Assembly (NCBI GenBank): GCA_965217775.1
Contig: CBDCJH010000002.1
Span: 4,160,001 to 4,224,000 of the forward strand
DNA from: Acidobacteriota bacterium
GTDB lineage: Bacteria > Acidobacteriota > UBA6911 > RPQK01 > JAJDTT01
Reading direction: 5' to 3'
DNA: 64,000 bases
Under the pieces are notes generated by a model. It made no database searches. It was not told the DNA's origin and was given only the letters and a program-made list of their open reading frames with translations. Of this stretch, positions 46,704 through 55,547 are shown piece after piece. Position numbers and translations under genes: made by a program. Within the stretch, counting starts at the first letter, position 1; each line of letters starts with the position of its first letter.

Positions 46704-48050
46704 ATGGTGTCACCCCGGCTGATCTTCAGGGCACACCGGAGCTTGGGCCGGTCCCTCACAGCCTTGCTGGTGGTTGCGGGGATCGTCCTGAAGCTCCTGG
46801 ACCTGGCCTTCGTGGAACTGAACCGACGCTCGGTCATCTTGCCCCATTTCGACGTGACGCTGATTCCGTACCACGATCCCAGGGTCACCAGGCGCCACCA
46901 CCTCCTGCTCGACTACGAGCGGGACCCCCGGATCATCTTCACCGGGGACTCCCGGACCAAGAACGGAGTGGTTCCACAGGTCATGGCCCGGATCCTGGGA
47001 GTGGATCCGGAATCCTTCTTCAACTTCGGAACCGGTTCCCAGGTCGTGCGCTTCGCCCGAGAGGCTTTCCTGCCCCACCTGCTGGAGATGGGGGTACGGC
47101 CCCGGCACCTGGCCTTCTGCGTGAGCCCCGACTGGCCGCTGGCCAAGGAGATCGGCGGGCGGCTGCTGGACAGATATCGGAAGTCTCTGGCCTACCGCAT
47201 GTCCCATCCCGATCCTGACGAAAAGGATCGGTTGGAGCGGACACTGGACCATTTTCTGGCTTGCAACCTGGCGTTTTTCCGCTATCGATCCGACTTGGTG
47301 CACCGCGAGATCCTGCCCGACCTTCGTTGCTGGTTCCTGAACGACTGTCATCTTTCGGCGGCCCAGGCCACCCGGCCGCTACGGTTCAAGGAGGTGGAGT
47401 TTCGCGATGGCTACGTCACTCCCTACGGTTGGAATCCGCAGGCCTGGGAGGGCACGACCACCGGTCTGTACGGGGGACGGGTTCGTTTCGATTCCCGGAC
47501 TCCGTTCGATGCGGACAACCTGACCCGCCTCATCGATGAGGTCCGAGCCGCCGGCATCAACCCGATTCTGCTGCTGCTGCCGGTCCATGCCTCGTTCCGG
47601 GAGGTGCACGGCGAGGCGATGAATCGGAACCTGTCCAGGCTGCGGGAGATCGCAAACCGGCTCGAGGTGGACCTTCTGGCGCCGGCGGGGGAATACTCCG
47701 ACCCCGGTCTCTTCACCGACGGCCATCATCTCTCGTTGCGGGGAGCCGTCTATTTCAGCGCGGGGCTCGCCCCGGATCTGCGGCGCTACCTGGGGAACTC
47801 GAGTGGGACGCCTTCCCAGGCTCACCCGCAGGCGGATGCCGGGGAGCTCACCACCGACGAGTTGGTCGATTGGATCTTCCGCCGGGACCCGGTGATTCGG
47901 GACCATTGGCGGGAAAACCAGCCAGAGCGAGGCCCAGGACGCCTTTCGCATCCGTCCGGTGAGGAATCACGGACCGGGTGGAGCCTCAGGCCTCCTCCAG
48001 GATGGTGGCTGCCAGATAGACGTGCCTTCCCTCTTCCTGCTTCCGGTTGA
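46704..48050 (+). CDS. Membrane-anchored SGNH/GDSL-like protein
   Basis: N-terminal TM; FTGDSR, FNFG and DGHHLS catalytic-type motifs. Confidence 0.7.
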   Translation: MVSPRLIFRAHRSLGRSLTALLVVAGIVLKLLDLAFVELNRRSVILPHFDVTLIPYHDPRVTRRHHLLLDYERDPRIIFTGDSRTKNGVVPQVMARILGVDPESFFNFGTGSQVVRFAREAFLPHLLEMGVRPRHLAFCVSPDWPLAKEIGGRLLDRYRKSLAYRMSHPDPDEKDRLERTLDHFLACNLAFFRYRSDLVHREILPDLRCWFLNDCHLSAAQATRPLRFKEVEFRDGYVTPYGWNPQAWEGTTTGLYGGRVRFDSRTPFDADNLTRLIDEVRAAGINPILLLLPVHASFREVHGEAMNRNLSRLREIANRLEVDLLAPAGEYSDPGLFTDGHHLSLRGAVYFSAGLAPDLRRYLGNSSGTPSQAHPQADAGELTTDELVDWIFRRDPVIRDHWRENQPERGPGRLSHPSGEESRTGWSLRPPPGWWLPDRRAFPLPASG

Positions 48051-49302
48051 AGTAGTAGGTCAGGAGGACCCGTCCGTCCGGCATCAGAGCGCCCTGGGGG
48101 TAACCCAGATCGCGCATGAAGCCATCGTCTCTCACCACCAGTTCCTCGGCCTCGTCGATCTGTTCGCACTCCGGGTCCAGCAGGCGCGCCCGGACCCCGA
48201 AGGGTTCCTGCCGGTAGCCGTAGGCGAGGAGGATCCGCCCACTGGGCATTGCCACGGCCCAATAGGGGTAACCCCACAGTCGATGGCGGGCCGGTGGACT
48301 CCAGGTCTTTCCGCCGTCTGTCGAGGTCGCCGTCACCAGGCGTCCAGCCGGGTTGACGGGGCCGCCCCAATTCTCCCGCTGGCGTTCGGTGGCGCCGGCG
48401 TGAATTCGGATGAAGGCCACCAGTTTGCCCGAGAGCGTCTCCTGGACGAAGGTTTCGTTGTAGGCGATGGCGCCGTCGACCAGGGCGCCGGACGGCAGCT
48501 CCAACGGATCCGAGGGTCCCGCGATTTCTCCCACGAACGACCAGCTCTTGCCCAGGTCCGGCGATTCCATCAAGGCCGAGCGCCAGGGATTGGGATAGGA
48601 GTACAGGGGAAGGACGAGCCGTCCGCTCCGGAGCTGGATGACGGGGCTCCGGAGGTTCGCGGGCGAAGGAGCCCCGGGCAACAGGGAGGGGACGCCGTCG
48701 ATGGGAGAGACCCAGTAGCGCGGACTCCAGGTTCGGCCCCGATCCAGGGATCGCCTCACGCTGACGCCGGAGATCACGGCATAGGTTCCCAGTTTCTCGG
48801 CGCTGTAGGACAGGCGATAGCGTCCGGCGCCGCCCGGGACCCTTTCCTGGGGCAAGGCCCGAACCCGCTCATAGGCGGCCCTGGTGACGGGCTCCATGAC
48901 CGAAGTGCAGTAGAGGACGGAGCCGTCCGCGAGCAGGGTCAGATTGACGTTGTGAACTCCGCCGTAGTCGACCGGGACCGGAGTTCCCCAGGTCTTTCCT
49001 CCATCACGGGAACTGACGACGAAGTTCTCCGTTTCGATGTGTGTGTGCTTGCGGGCGGCGGCGGGATGCCTCCGGAAGGCCAGCAGGATCTCACCGTCCG
49101 GGAAGATGACCGGAGAGGGTCCGGGACCATAGTAATAGTGCGGGTTTTTCCGAATGTCGAATTCCCGCACCTTCTTCAGTCGCCCGGGGCCGGCTGGCGC
49201 ACTTCCCAGCGCCGTCACGGGAAGTGCGGAGGCGGGCGCCCAAGCGAGGACAGCGGCGCCGAGTCGCGACGCGTCTCTCAAGAAAGTTCGTCTGTCGGGC
49301 AG
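47986..49302 (-). CDS. Tat-exported BNR/sialidase-fold protein (start uncertain)
   Basis: DRRTFLR twin-arginine; SRDGGKTW, SLDRGRTW, SPDLGKSW, STDGGKTW; DLGYP. Confidence 0.8.
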   Translation of the reverse strand: MPDRRTFLRDASRLGAAVLAWAPASALPVTALGSAPAGPGRLKKVREFDIRKNPHYYYGPGPSPVIFPDGEILLAFRRHPAAARKHTHIETENFVVSSRDGGKTWGTPVPVDYGGVHNVNLTLLADGSVLYCTSVMEPVTRAAYERVRALPQERVPGGAGRYRLSYSAEKLGTYAVISGVSVRRSLDRGRTWSPRYWVSPIDGVPSLLPGAPSPANLRSPVIQLRSGRLVLPLYSYPNPWRSALMESPDLGKSWSFVGEIAGPSDPLELPSGALVDGAIAYNETFVQETLSGKLVAFIRIHAGATERQRENWGGPVNPAGRLVTATSTDGGKTWSPPARHRLWGYPYWAVAMPSGRILLAYGYRQEPFGVRARLLDPECEQIDEAEELVVRDDGFMRDLGYPQGALMPDGRVLLTYYFNRKQEEGRHVYLAATILEEA

Positions 49303-49393
49303 TGACGATCCAGACGCCGACTGGCGTGCCGATGTGCTCCCAAGGGTGGGACTGCCCGAAGACACGATCGATGGACCCGACCGGCCGGAGGCT

Positions 49394-50053
49394 TCAATCG
49401 ATGGCGAAGCAGTAGTACAGCCCATCGCCTCCGGTACCCTGCAGGTTCTCCTGGCTGCAGCCCCGAGAGCCATGCGCCGAATTCCACGAGGTGGGATTCT
49501 TGCCCCCACCGGTGCGGTCGTGGTGCCCGACCTGGGCGCTGCCTTCCCCGTGACTCGTCCAGTTTCCGCAGGTGGTGTCGTCGCTGCCCGGAAGGGCCGT
49601 GCCATCCAATTGCGAACCGGTCAGGACATCGTGCCGGTTGGGACTGTCTCCCCGGCCGTTGACCATCCTTCCGTACTCGTTCAGCTGCGTCTCCTTGGTC
49701 AAGTTGTTCTTGTCCGAATGGAGATCGTCGACGTCGCTGGCGATCTGCACACCCTTGGCGTTGAACCAGGGTCCGCTGCCGATCCGGTCCCTGGCGTTGA
49801 CGGACGGCTGCCCGCCCGAGGCGGTCGCGCTCAGATACGCACGCCAGGTGCGGCTGCCGGCCCCCACGGCTCGAGCCAGCATCTGGCAGCGGCCGTCGGC
49901 TCCGGCCAACCCTCCCAGATCGGCTCCGTTCCCGGGACCCGAACTGACGATGAAGAAGCTCATCTTGGGATCCGCATTCTGAGCCGACACCGGGAGCGCG
50001 GCGAGTGCACCCACCAAGACTGCGGCGAGGATAAGGGGGAGTGTCTTGTTCAT
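49394..50053 (-). CDS. Exported endostatin/collagen-NC10-like (C-type lectin fold) protein
   Basis: DLGGLAGADGRCQMLA, TWRAYLS, TCGNWTS, LYYCFA; GGAG RBS. Confidence 0.8.
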   Translation of the reverse strand: MNKTLPLILAAVLVGALAALPVSAQNADPKMSFFIVSSGPGNGADLGGLAGADGRCQMLARAVGAGSRTWRAYLSATASGGQPSVNARDRIGSGPWFNAKGVQIASDVDDLHSDKNNLTKETQLNEYGRMVNGRGDSPNRHDVLTGSQLDGTALPGSDDTTCGNWTSHGEGSAQVGHHDRTGGGKNPTSWNSAHGSRGCSQENLQGTGGDGLYYCFAID

Positions 50054-50261
50054 CTCGATTCTCCTGCGATTTGAGACTTGGAAGCTTCGTGGAATGGTAC
50101 CACTTTGCCCTTTCGAACGGAGCGACCGGGGGAACGCCGTGCGGAGCTTCAGGAGTTCCCCCAAGAAATTAGGTTAAATCTCCGCAAGTGGTTGAAAGCA
50201 CGAGAGTCAGAAGATTCGACAAGTGGAATCGGTCGAATTGACCAAAAATGGGAGAAGCCCT

Positions 50262-50330
50262 CGTAGGGGCGACCCTTGTGGTGCCCTCCCCGGGCCGAGC
50301 AGTGGGGGGCGACAGCGGGCACCCACTACG
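50262..50330. repeat. Degenerate GTAG-type REP doublet
   Basis: CGTAGGGGCGACCCTTGTGGTGCCC...GGGCACCCACTACG. Confidence 0.65.
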
Positions 50331-50475
50331 TTGCGATCCTCGTTCAACCCAGCTTCCCCTGTTCTCCCGAACTCCCAGAAAAATGGGGAAGGCCCTGGCG
50401 GAGCTTCGGTTGAAGTGATCCGGGAAGAGAGGTTAGTCTCCGTCACACCGTTTCCGAAGCAGAGGAGGAAAGACG

Positions 50476-51636
50476 ATGACGAATCAGCGAATGGATCTGG
50501 TCGCAGTTCTGGTATTGGCCCTTGGGTGGATGTTCGCGCCATTGCCCCGACATCTGGCGGCGCAGCAGGAGTCCGGACAGTACGAACACATCGACGGCGC
50601 CGTGATCTACGATCACGATCCGTCCACCAAACTGGGTGATGACGTCTTCGGCAACGTCATTGCGGATTTCGAGAACGATGTGCCCGGGCGTTGTTCCCAC
50701 GGAGGGCCGGTCTGCCTGGAATACCCCAACGGCAACGTCGTCGCGTTCTATGCCAACACCAGCGACCACAACCTGGACGGTTGGAGCGAATATGCCGTCA
50801 GCGGGGACCGGGGCAAGACCTGGAACCGCTACAACCGGGTCCCCTACTCCTTCGACGCCTACATCAGAAATCAGAAATTCCCGGTCTGGGTCGAGGAGGG
50901 TCTGGTCACGGAACGGGGGACCATCGTCCTGTTCCTCACCCACTTTGAGATCGGGAGCGAGGCATCCCGGATCCGGCTGGGCACCATCCGGAGCTACGAC
51001 AACGGCGGCACCTGGACCGATTACGAAACCCTGGATGGGAATTTCGTCGGTTATCCCTGCTCCACGGCCGTGTCGGGCGAAACCAACTACGTCATGGTCG
51101 ACAGCAGTGCGGGTCCCCATGTCCTTTACGTCAGCACGGATGACGGACGGACCTTCAGCAAGAGAAGCACCATGTCGCTGGACGACGACAAATGGTACGG
51201 AACCATGACCATCATGGCGGACGGCCGACTGCTTGCCGGCGCCTATACCCATCACGACGAGGATCACTTCTACTACTGCATCAGCAAAGACCAGGGACGC
51301 AGTTGGGGACCTCAGCAGAAAGCCTTCGTGGACAAGATGATTCGCGACCCCGAGCTCGCCTATCTCGGCGGCAAGTACTACCTGCATGGAAGGTCGGGGC
51401 ACAACGGAGAGGGGAGCCGCCGGTTCGTGCTCTACCAGTCGGACGACGGCGTCAACTGGGGGAACGGCATCATCGTCAGCGGAGATAAGGAACACCCCGA
51501 CGGCTACAGCCAGAACTGCGTCATCAACACCTACGACGATTCGGTCGCGGACGAGCTGATGGTGGTCTACAGCATCGTCTACAAGGGCCGCGACACCAAC
51601 GAATACGTGTTCTTCATCCGCCCGGACGGAAAATGA
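50476..51636 (+). CDS. Exported BNR/sialidase-fold protein
   Basis: Five Asp boxes (SGDRGKTW, SYDNGGTW, STDDGRTF, SKDQGRSW, SDDGVNW); GAGGAGG RBS. Confidence 0.85.
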   Translation: MTNQRMDLVAVLVLALGWMFAPLPRHLAAQQESGQYEHIDGAVIYDHDPSTKLGDDVFGNVIADFENDVPGRCSHGGPVCLEYPNGNVVAFYANTSDHNLDGWSEYAVSGDRGKTWNRYNRVPYSFDAYIRNQKFPVWVEEGLVTERGTIVLFLTHFEIGSEASRIRLGTIRSYDNGGTWTDYETLDGNFVGYPCSTAVSGETNYVMVDSSAGPHVLYVSTDDGRTFSKRSTMSLDDDKWYGTMTIMADGRLLAGAYTHHDEDHFYYCISKDQGRSWGPQQKAFVDKMIRDPELAYLGGKYYLHGRSGHNGEGSRRFVLYQSDDGVNWGNGIIVSGDKEHPDGYSQNCVINTYDDSVADELMVVYSIVYKGRDTNEYVFFIRPDGK

Positions 51637-51763
51637 AGCCGGCGCGGGTCCCTTCCGGAGGAGATTCGCCGCGACCTCGCGCTTCCGGGTGCTCCGAGTT
51701 GGGAAGCGCCCCCTTTTGGAGGTTGTTGTTCGCCCTGAAACGGAAGTCATCGGAGAATAGTTT

Positions 51764-53431
51764 CTGAGGCTCACGAAATGGGTCCCCGCGGCAGCACTGT
51801 TCCTGACCTGTGTCGCTGGTCACGCGGGAGAGCTCACCCTTGACAGCCCGTGGCAAGAGTCGTCACGGCATTCGACAGTCCGTGTTCCCAGAACGTCTCC
51901 GGCCCCTACCAGCCCGTGGCAAAAGTCATCACGGCATTCGACCGTCCCTGCATCCCGGCGGACGGCGTTGCGATTCGGGCACATACTCCCGGTATGCACC
52001 CGAATCGCGCCTTGTCCGGCGGGCGCAGGAACGGTCTCGGTGCTCGCGGGACTTTCACCACGGACTGCTACCGGCACGGTAGCGGTGACTACTGGCAACG
52101 TCGAGAAACGCAGCCGGCCGGTCGAAATGGTGGTGGCGCCCGCGGGCACAGCGGACAACATCCTGATCATCACAGTCGACAACCTCGGCTATGGCGACCT
52201 GAGAAGCTACAACCCGGACTCCCCCATGATCACCCCCAGCCTCGACAGGCTGGCCTCCCAGGGTGTCCGGTTGACCGGTTTCTACACGGCTTCCCCCACC
52301 TGCACCGTTTCCCGCGCCTCGCTCCTGACCGGACGGGTCCCCCAGCGCCATGGCCTGACCGAGCAGTTGTCCGGCGTCGCCGGAAATTACGGCGTCGGAT
52401 TGAGCCAGAACGAAATCATGCTCCCGCAACTCCTGAAGCGGGCGCCGGATCCCTACGCCACCGGTTGCTTCGGCAAGTGGAACATCGGCTTCGCCCCCGG
52501 CTCGCGGCCCACCGAACGCGGATTCGACGAATTCATCGGCCATGCCTCCGGGAACATCGATTACTACCGCCACAACTACCGCCAGATGCACGACCTCTAC
52601 GAGGGCGCCCGCAAGCTCGACGGCAAGGGGCGCTACGCCACCGGCCTGTTCGGAGACGCGGCGATCGACTTCATGCGGAGGAAGTCCAAGGCCTCGCAGC
52701 CCTGGTTCTGCTACCTGGCGTTCAACGCGCCCCATTTCCCGGTGGCGGGAAACAAGCGTCCGGGACAGGCCAATACCTGGCAGGCGCCGGACTGGGCCTT
52801 CGAGGCTTGCGGATCGAGTCCTGACGATCCCGACCCGGCCACCCGGTATCGAGCCGTGGTGTTCGCCCTCGACCACGCCATCGGGCGCGTCCTGGAGGCG
52901 CTGGAGGAGACGGGAGCGGCGAATCGCACCTTCGTGTTCTTCATGTCGGACAACGGCGCCTTCCGGCTCGGGCGCCAGGGACTGGACGTGGGCGTCAACA
53001 CGCCTCTGCGCCAGGGCGGCGTGACCTGCTGGGAAGGCGGCCTGCGGGTGGCGGCGATGGCTCGCTGGCCGGGCCGGATCGAGGCGGGCGCCGTCGTCTC
53101 GGAGCCGCTCTGGTCGCCCGACCTGCTGACGGCCTGCGCCAGGATCGCAGGTGCCGCTCTGCCGGGAGGGGTCCGATTGGACGGCAGGGACCCCCTTCCG
53201 GTCCTCACCGGGGGAGCAAGATCGCCGCACGAGTCATTCTATTTCGAGTACCGGAGCCACGCCGCCCTGCGCCAAGGGGATTGGAAGATCGTGCGCGAGC
53301 GGCCGGAACAGCCCTGGCAGTTGTTCGATCTGGCCGGAGACCTGCCCGAATCCAACGACCTGGCGGAGCGGTACCCCGGCCGAGTCGCCGAGCTCGAAGC
53401 CGAAATCCGGCGCTGGAATAATTCCTTCTGA
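51764..53431 (+). CDS. Sulfatase (Cys-type) with MITE-derived N-terminal insertions; start inferred at CTG
   Basis: VDNLGYGD, CTVSRASLLTGR, GKWN, FNAPH, SDNG, WEGGLRV; frame open from 51761. Confidence 0.85.
   Translation: MRLTKWVPAAALFLTCVAGHAGELTLDSPWQESSRHSTVRVPRTSPAPTSPWQKSSRHSTVPASRRTALRFGHILPVCTRIAPCPAGAGTVSVLAGLSPRTATGTVAVTTGNVEKRSRPVEMVVAPAGTADNILIITVDNLGYGDLRSYNPDSPMITPSLDRLASQGVRLTGFYTASPTCTVSRASLLTGRVPQRHGLTEQLSGVAGNYGVGLSQNEIMLPQLLKRAPDPYATGCFGKWNIGFAPGSRPTERGFDEFIGHASGNIDYYRHNYRQMHDLYEGARKLDGKGRYATGLFGDAAIDFMRRKSKASQPWFCYLAFNAPHFPVAGNKRPGQANTWQAPDWAFEACGSSPDDPDPATRYRAVVFALDHAIGRVLEALEETGAANRTFVFFMSDNGAFRLGRQGLDVGVNTPLRQGGVTCWEGGLRVAAMARWPGRIEAGAVVSEPLWSPDLLTACARIAGAALPGGVRLDGRDPLPVLTGGARSPHESFYFEYRSHAALRQGDWKIVRERPEQPWQLFDLAGDLPESNDLAERYPGRVAELEAEIRRWNNSF
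51844..51884 (+). mobile_element. MITE family A left-end remnant
   Basis: CAGCCCGTGGCAAGAGTCGTCACGGCATTCGACAGTCCGTG matches the first 41 nt with few mismatches. Confidence 0.8.
51910..52067 (+). mobile_element. MITE family A, copy 3 (in frame in the sulfatase gene)
   Basis: 158 bp; CTAC on both sides. Confidence 0.92.
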
Positions 53432-53698
53432 CCCCGGTTCAAGGGTCACCCGGGACCTCGTTCGGAAACCTCATGGACGAAGCGGGCGAACCCGGCGCTT
53501 CCGCTTGCGGGTTCCCGTCTGCGGCGGGATCGTCTGCTCGCCTTGTCCGGTCCCAGGAGCGGCCATACAATCAAAAGCAATGCATGAGGCCGCCCGCCGC
53601 CGGCATGCATTCGCTCCCACGGCCGGGATGCTGAAGGCATTTCAAGTCGGAGACCGGATCCTGTCCGAACGTCTTCCACACCATTGGAGGTACGAACC

Positions 53699-55297
53699 AT
53701 GAGTCCCAGACGGAGCCGTCCCGCGTGGGTTGCGATCCTCTCGACCCTGGTCCTGGCCCCACTGCTGCCGGGTCAGGCCGGACCCGTTCCTCAGGAGCCG
53801 GTCGAGATCGGAACCACTCCCCAGTTCTTCATCGACGACTACATCGTCGACAATCGATGGGCCCTGAATTACCGGCGCGAGTCGCCCGAGATGGTCCTGC
53901 GGGTCTTCCACCCCATGCAGAAGTATCCGGAAAATCCCCTGATCGACATGGGCAAGGACGGTCCCAGTTGGCCCTCGGTCCTGCGAGATCCGGACACCGG
54001 CCGGTTCCGCCTCTGGTATCAGGCCAACCTCCTGGTCGACAACCCCAAGCCCGGCGCCGGCGGGGTCTACCGGGTGGGGATCGCGTACGGCGAATCGGAC
54101 GACGGCATCCACTGGCGCCTGCCGAACCTGAGCCTACTGCACGGCCCCCATCCGGGGTCGGTGAAGAGGGACGTCTGGAAGGGAAGCAAGGAGAACAACT
54201 TCGTCTGGCGGGGCGTCTCCCGGCGCCGGGGCACCGGGGCCTACGTCCCGGACACCACCCAGATTCCGCCGGAGGCCCGCCGGGGTTACAAGTACGTCAT
54301 GTTCAATCTGGATCTCGACGGGGGGCACCTGGTCGGCTCCCACGACGGCATCCACTGGGACCCCTCCAGCGACGTCCGGCTGTTCACCATGCACAGCGAC
54401 TTCCCCAACTCCGTCATCTACGATCCCGACCGGAAGGAATTCGTCCTCTACTGCCGCGCCAAGCACATCTACCGCGCCGGACAGAAAGGGGGCGTTCTCA
54501 ACACCGGAGCCTCTCGCCGCATCGCCCGCATGGCCAGCAAGGAACTCTGGACCGAGTGGAGGTCCGAGCCCCAGACCATCCTGATCCCCGACGAGCTGGA
54601 CAATCGCGAAGGCTTCAACTTCTTCTACAACATGACCGCCTACCGTCACGCCGATATCTACTGGGCCTTTCTGGGTCCCTTCAAGTGGAACACCGAAATC
54701 CGCTCGGAGCTGGCCTTCAGCCGGGACAGCATCCACTTTCAGCGCCTGCCCAGCCGTCCCCAGGTCCTTCCGTTGGGAACGGAGGGGAGCTGGGACAGCG
54801 ACATGATCTTCCCCGCCTACCAGTGGGTGGAGGTGGGCGAGGAATGGTGGATGTACTACTCCGGTTGGAACGGACCCCACGGCGTGCGGGAGAACTTGGA
54901 GAAGGGGATCTGGCGCACCGGCGGCATCGGCCTGGCCACCATTCGCAAGGAGGGCTTCATCTCCATGCGGGGACCGGAAAACGGCGGTGTCATCGCGACG
55001 CGGAAGATCCGTTGGCCCGGCGGCCGGCTCTTCATCAACGCCGACGCTCGAGGAGGCGAGCTGAGGGTCCGCGTGAGCGACTCCAGGCGCAAGCCGTACC
55101 CCGGTATGGATTACCGGGACTGTGCTCCCTTCAGCGGGGACGAAGTCTCCCACGAGGTGAGCTGGAAGCACCGTTCCATCGAGTCGCTCGCCAACCAGAT
55201 CGTCCGGCTCGAGTTCCTCCTCACCAGGGCAGACCTCTACACTTTCCGGGCCGGCGGCGGGTCCACGGGGAAGAATCCCATCTCCAGCCAGGATTGA
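53699..55297 (+). CDS. Exported beta-propeller GH-like protein (member 12)
   Basis: PQFFIDD, KYPENPLI, ESDDGIHW, IRKEGFIS, ADLYTF; GGAGG RBS. Confidence 0.8.
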   Translation: MSPRRSRPAWVAILSTLVLAPLLPGQAGPVPQEPVEIGTTPQFFIDDYIVDNRWALNYRRESPEMVLRVFHPMQKYPENPLIDMGKDGPSWPSVLRDPDTGRFRLWYQANLLVDNPKPGAGGVYRVGIAYGESDDGIHWRLPNLSLLHGPHPGSVKRDVWKGSKENNFVWRGVSRRRGTGAYVPDTTQIPPEARRGYKYVMFNLDLDGGHLVGSHDGIHWDPSSDVRLFTMHSDFPNSVIYDPDRKEFVLYCRAKHIYRAGQKGGVLNTGASRRIARMASKELWTEWRSEPQTILIPDELDNREGFNFFYNMTAYRHADIYWAFLGPFKWNTEIRSELAFSRDSIHFQRLPSRPQVLPLGTEGSWDSDMIFPAYQWVEVGEEWWMYYSGWNGPHGVRENLEKGIWRTGGIGLATIRKEGFISMRGPENGGVIATRKIRWPGGRLFINADARGGELRVRVSDSRRKPYPGMDYRDCAPFSGDEVSHEVSWKHRSIESLANQIVRLEFLLTRADLYTFRAGGGSTGKNPISSQD

Positions 55298-55401
55298 GGG
55301 GACAAGGCACCCTCTTAACGCTGTCCTGGGATCCCGAGTACGGGCGCCACGACGATCTCGCCATTGTGGACAACCCGCAAGGAAAACAAACTCTCCCAAT
55401 T

Positions 55402-55436
55402 TTGACAACGACTAGCTTCTATGCTAGCAAGGTTGT
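55402..55436 (+). promoter_or_regulatory. Probable promoter of the second Oar-like TBDR with nested inverted repeats
   Basis: TTGACA(55402)-17 nt-TAGCAA; ACAAC..CTAGC-N6-GCTAG...GTTGT dyad. Confidence 0.5.
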
Positions 55437-55547
55437 AATCAATTAGCCTTTCGGAATGTTCTTCTGAGGCTTGTCGAATTGTTTTTCTCTCCTATTGTTC
55501 AGACGAGCGCGTCACCGCTCGGTCCGGTTCCGCTCCCGGAGGTGTCT

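Noticed and set aside
53432-53698. Possible small gene or structured RNA between the sulfatase and propeller member 12
   Set aside because: No recognisable motif, RBS-start pair or convincing conserved structure
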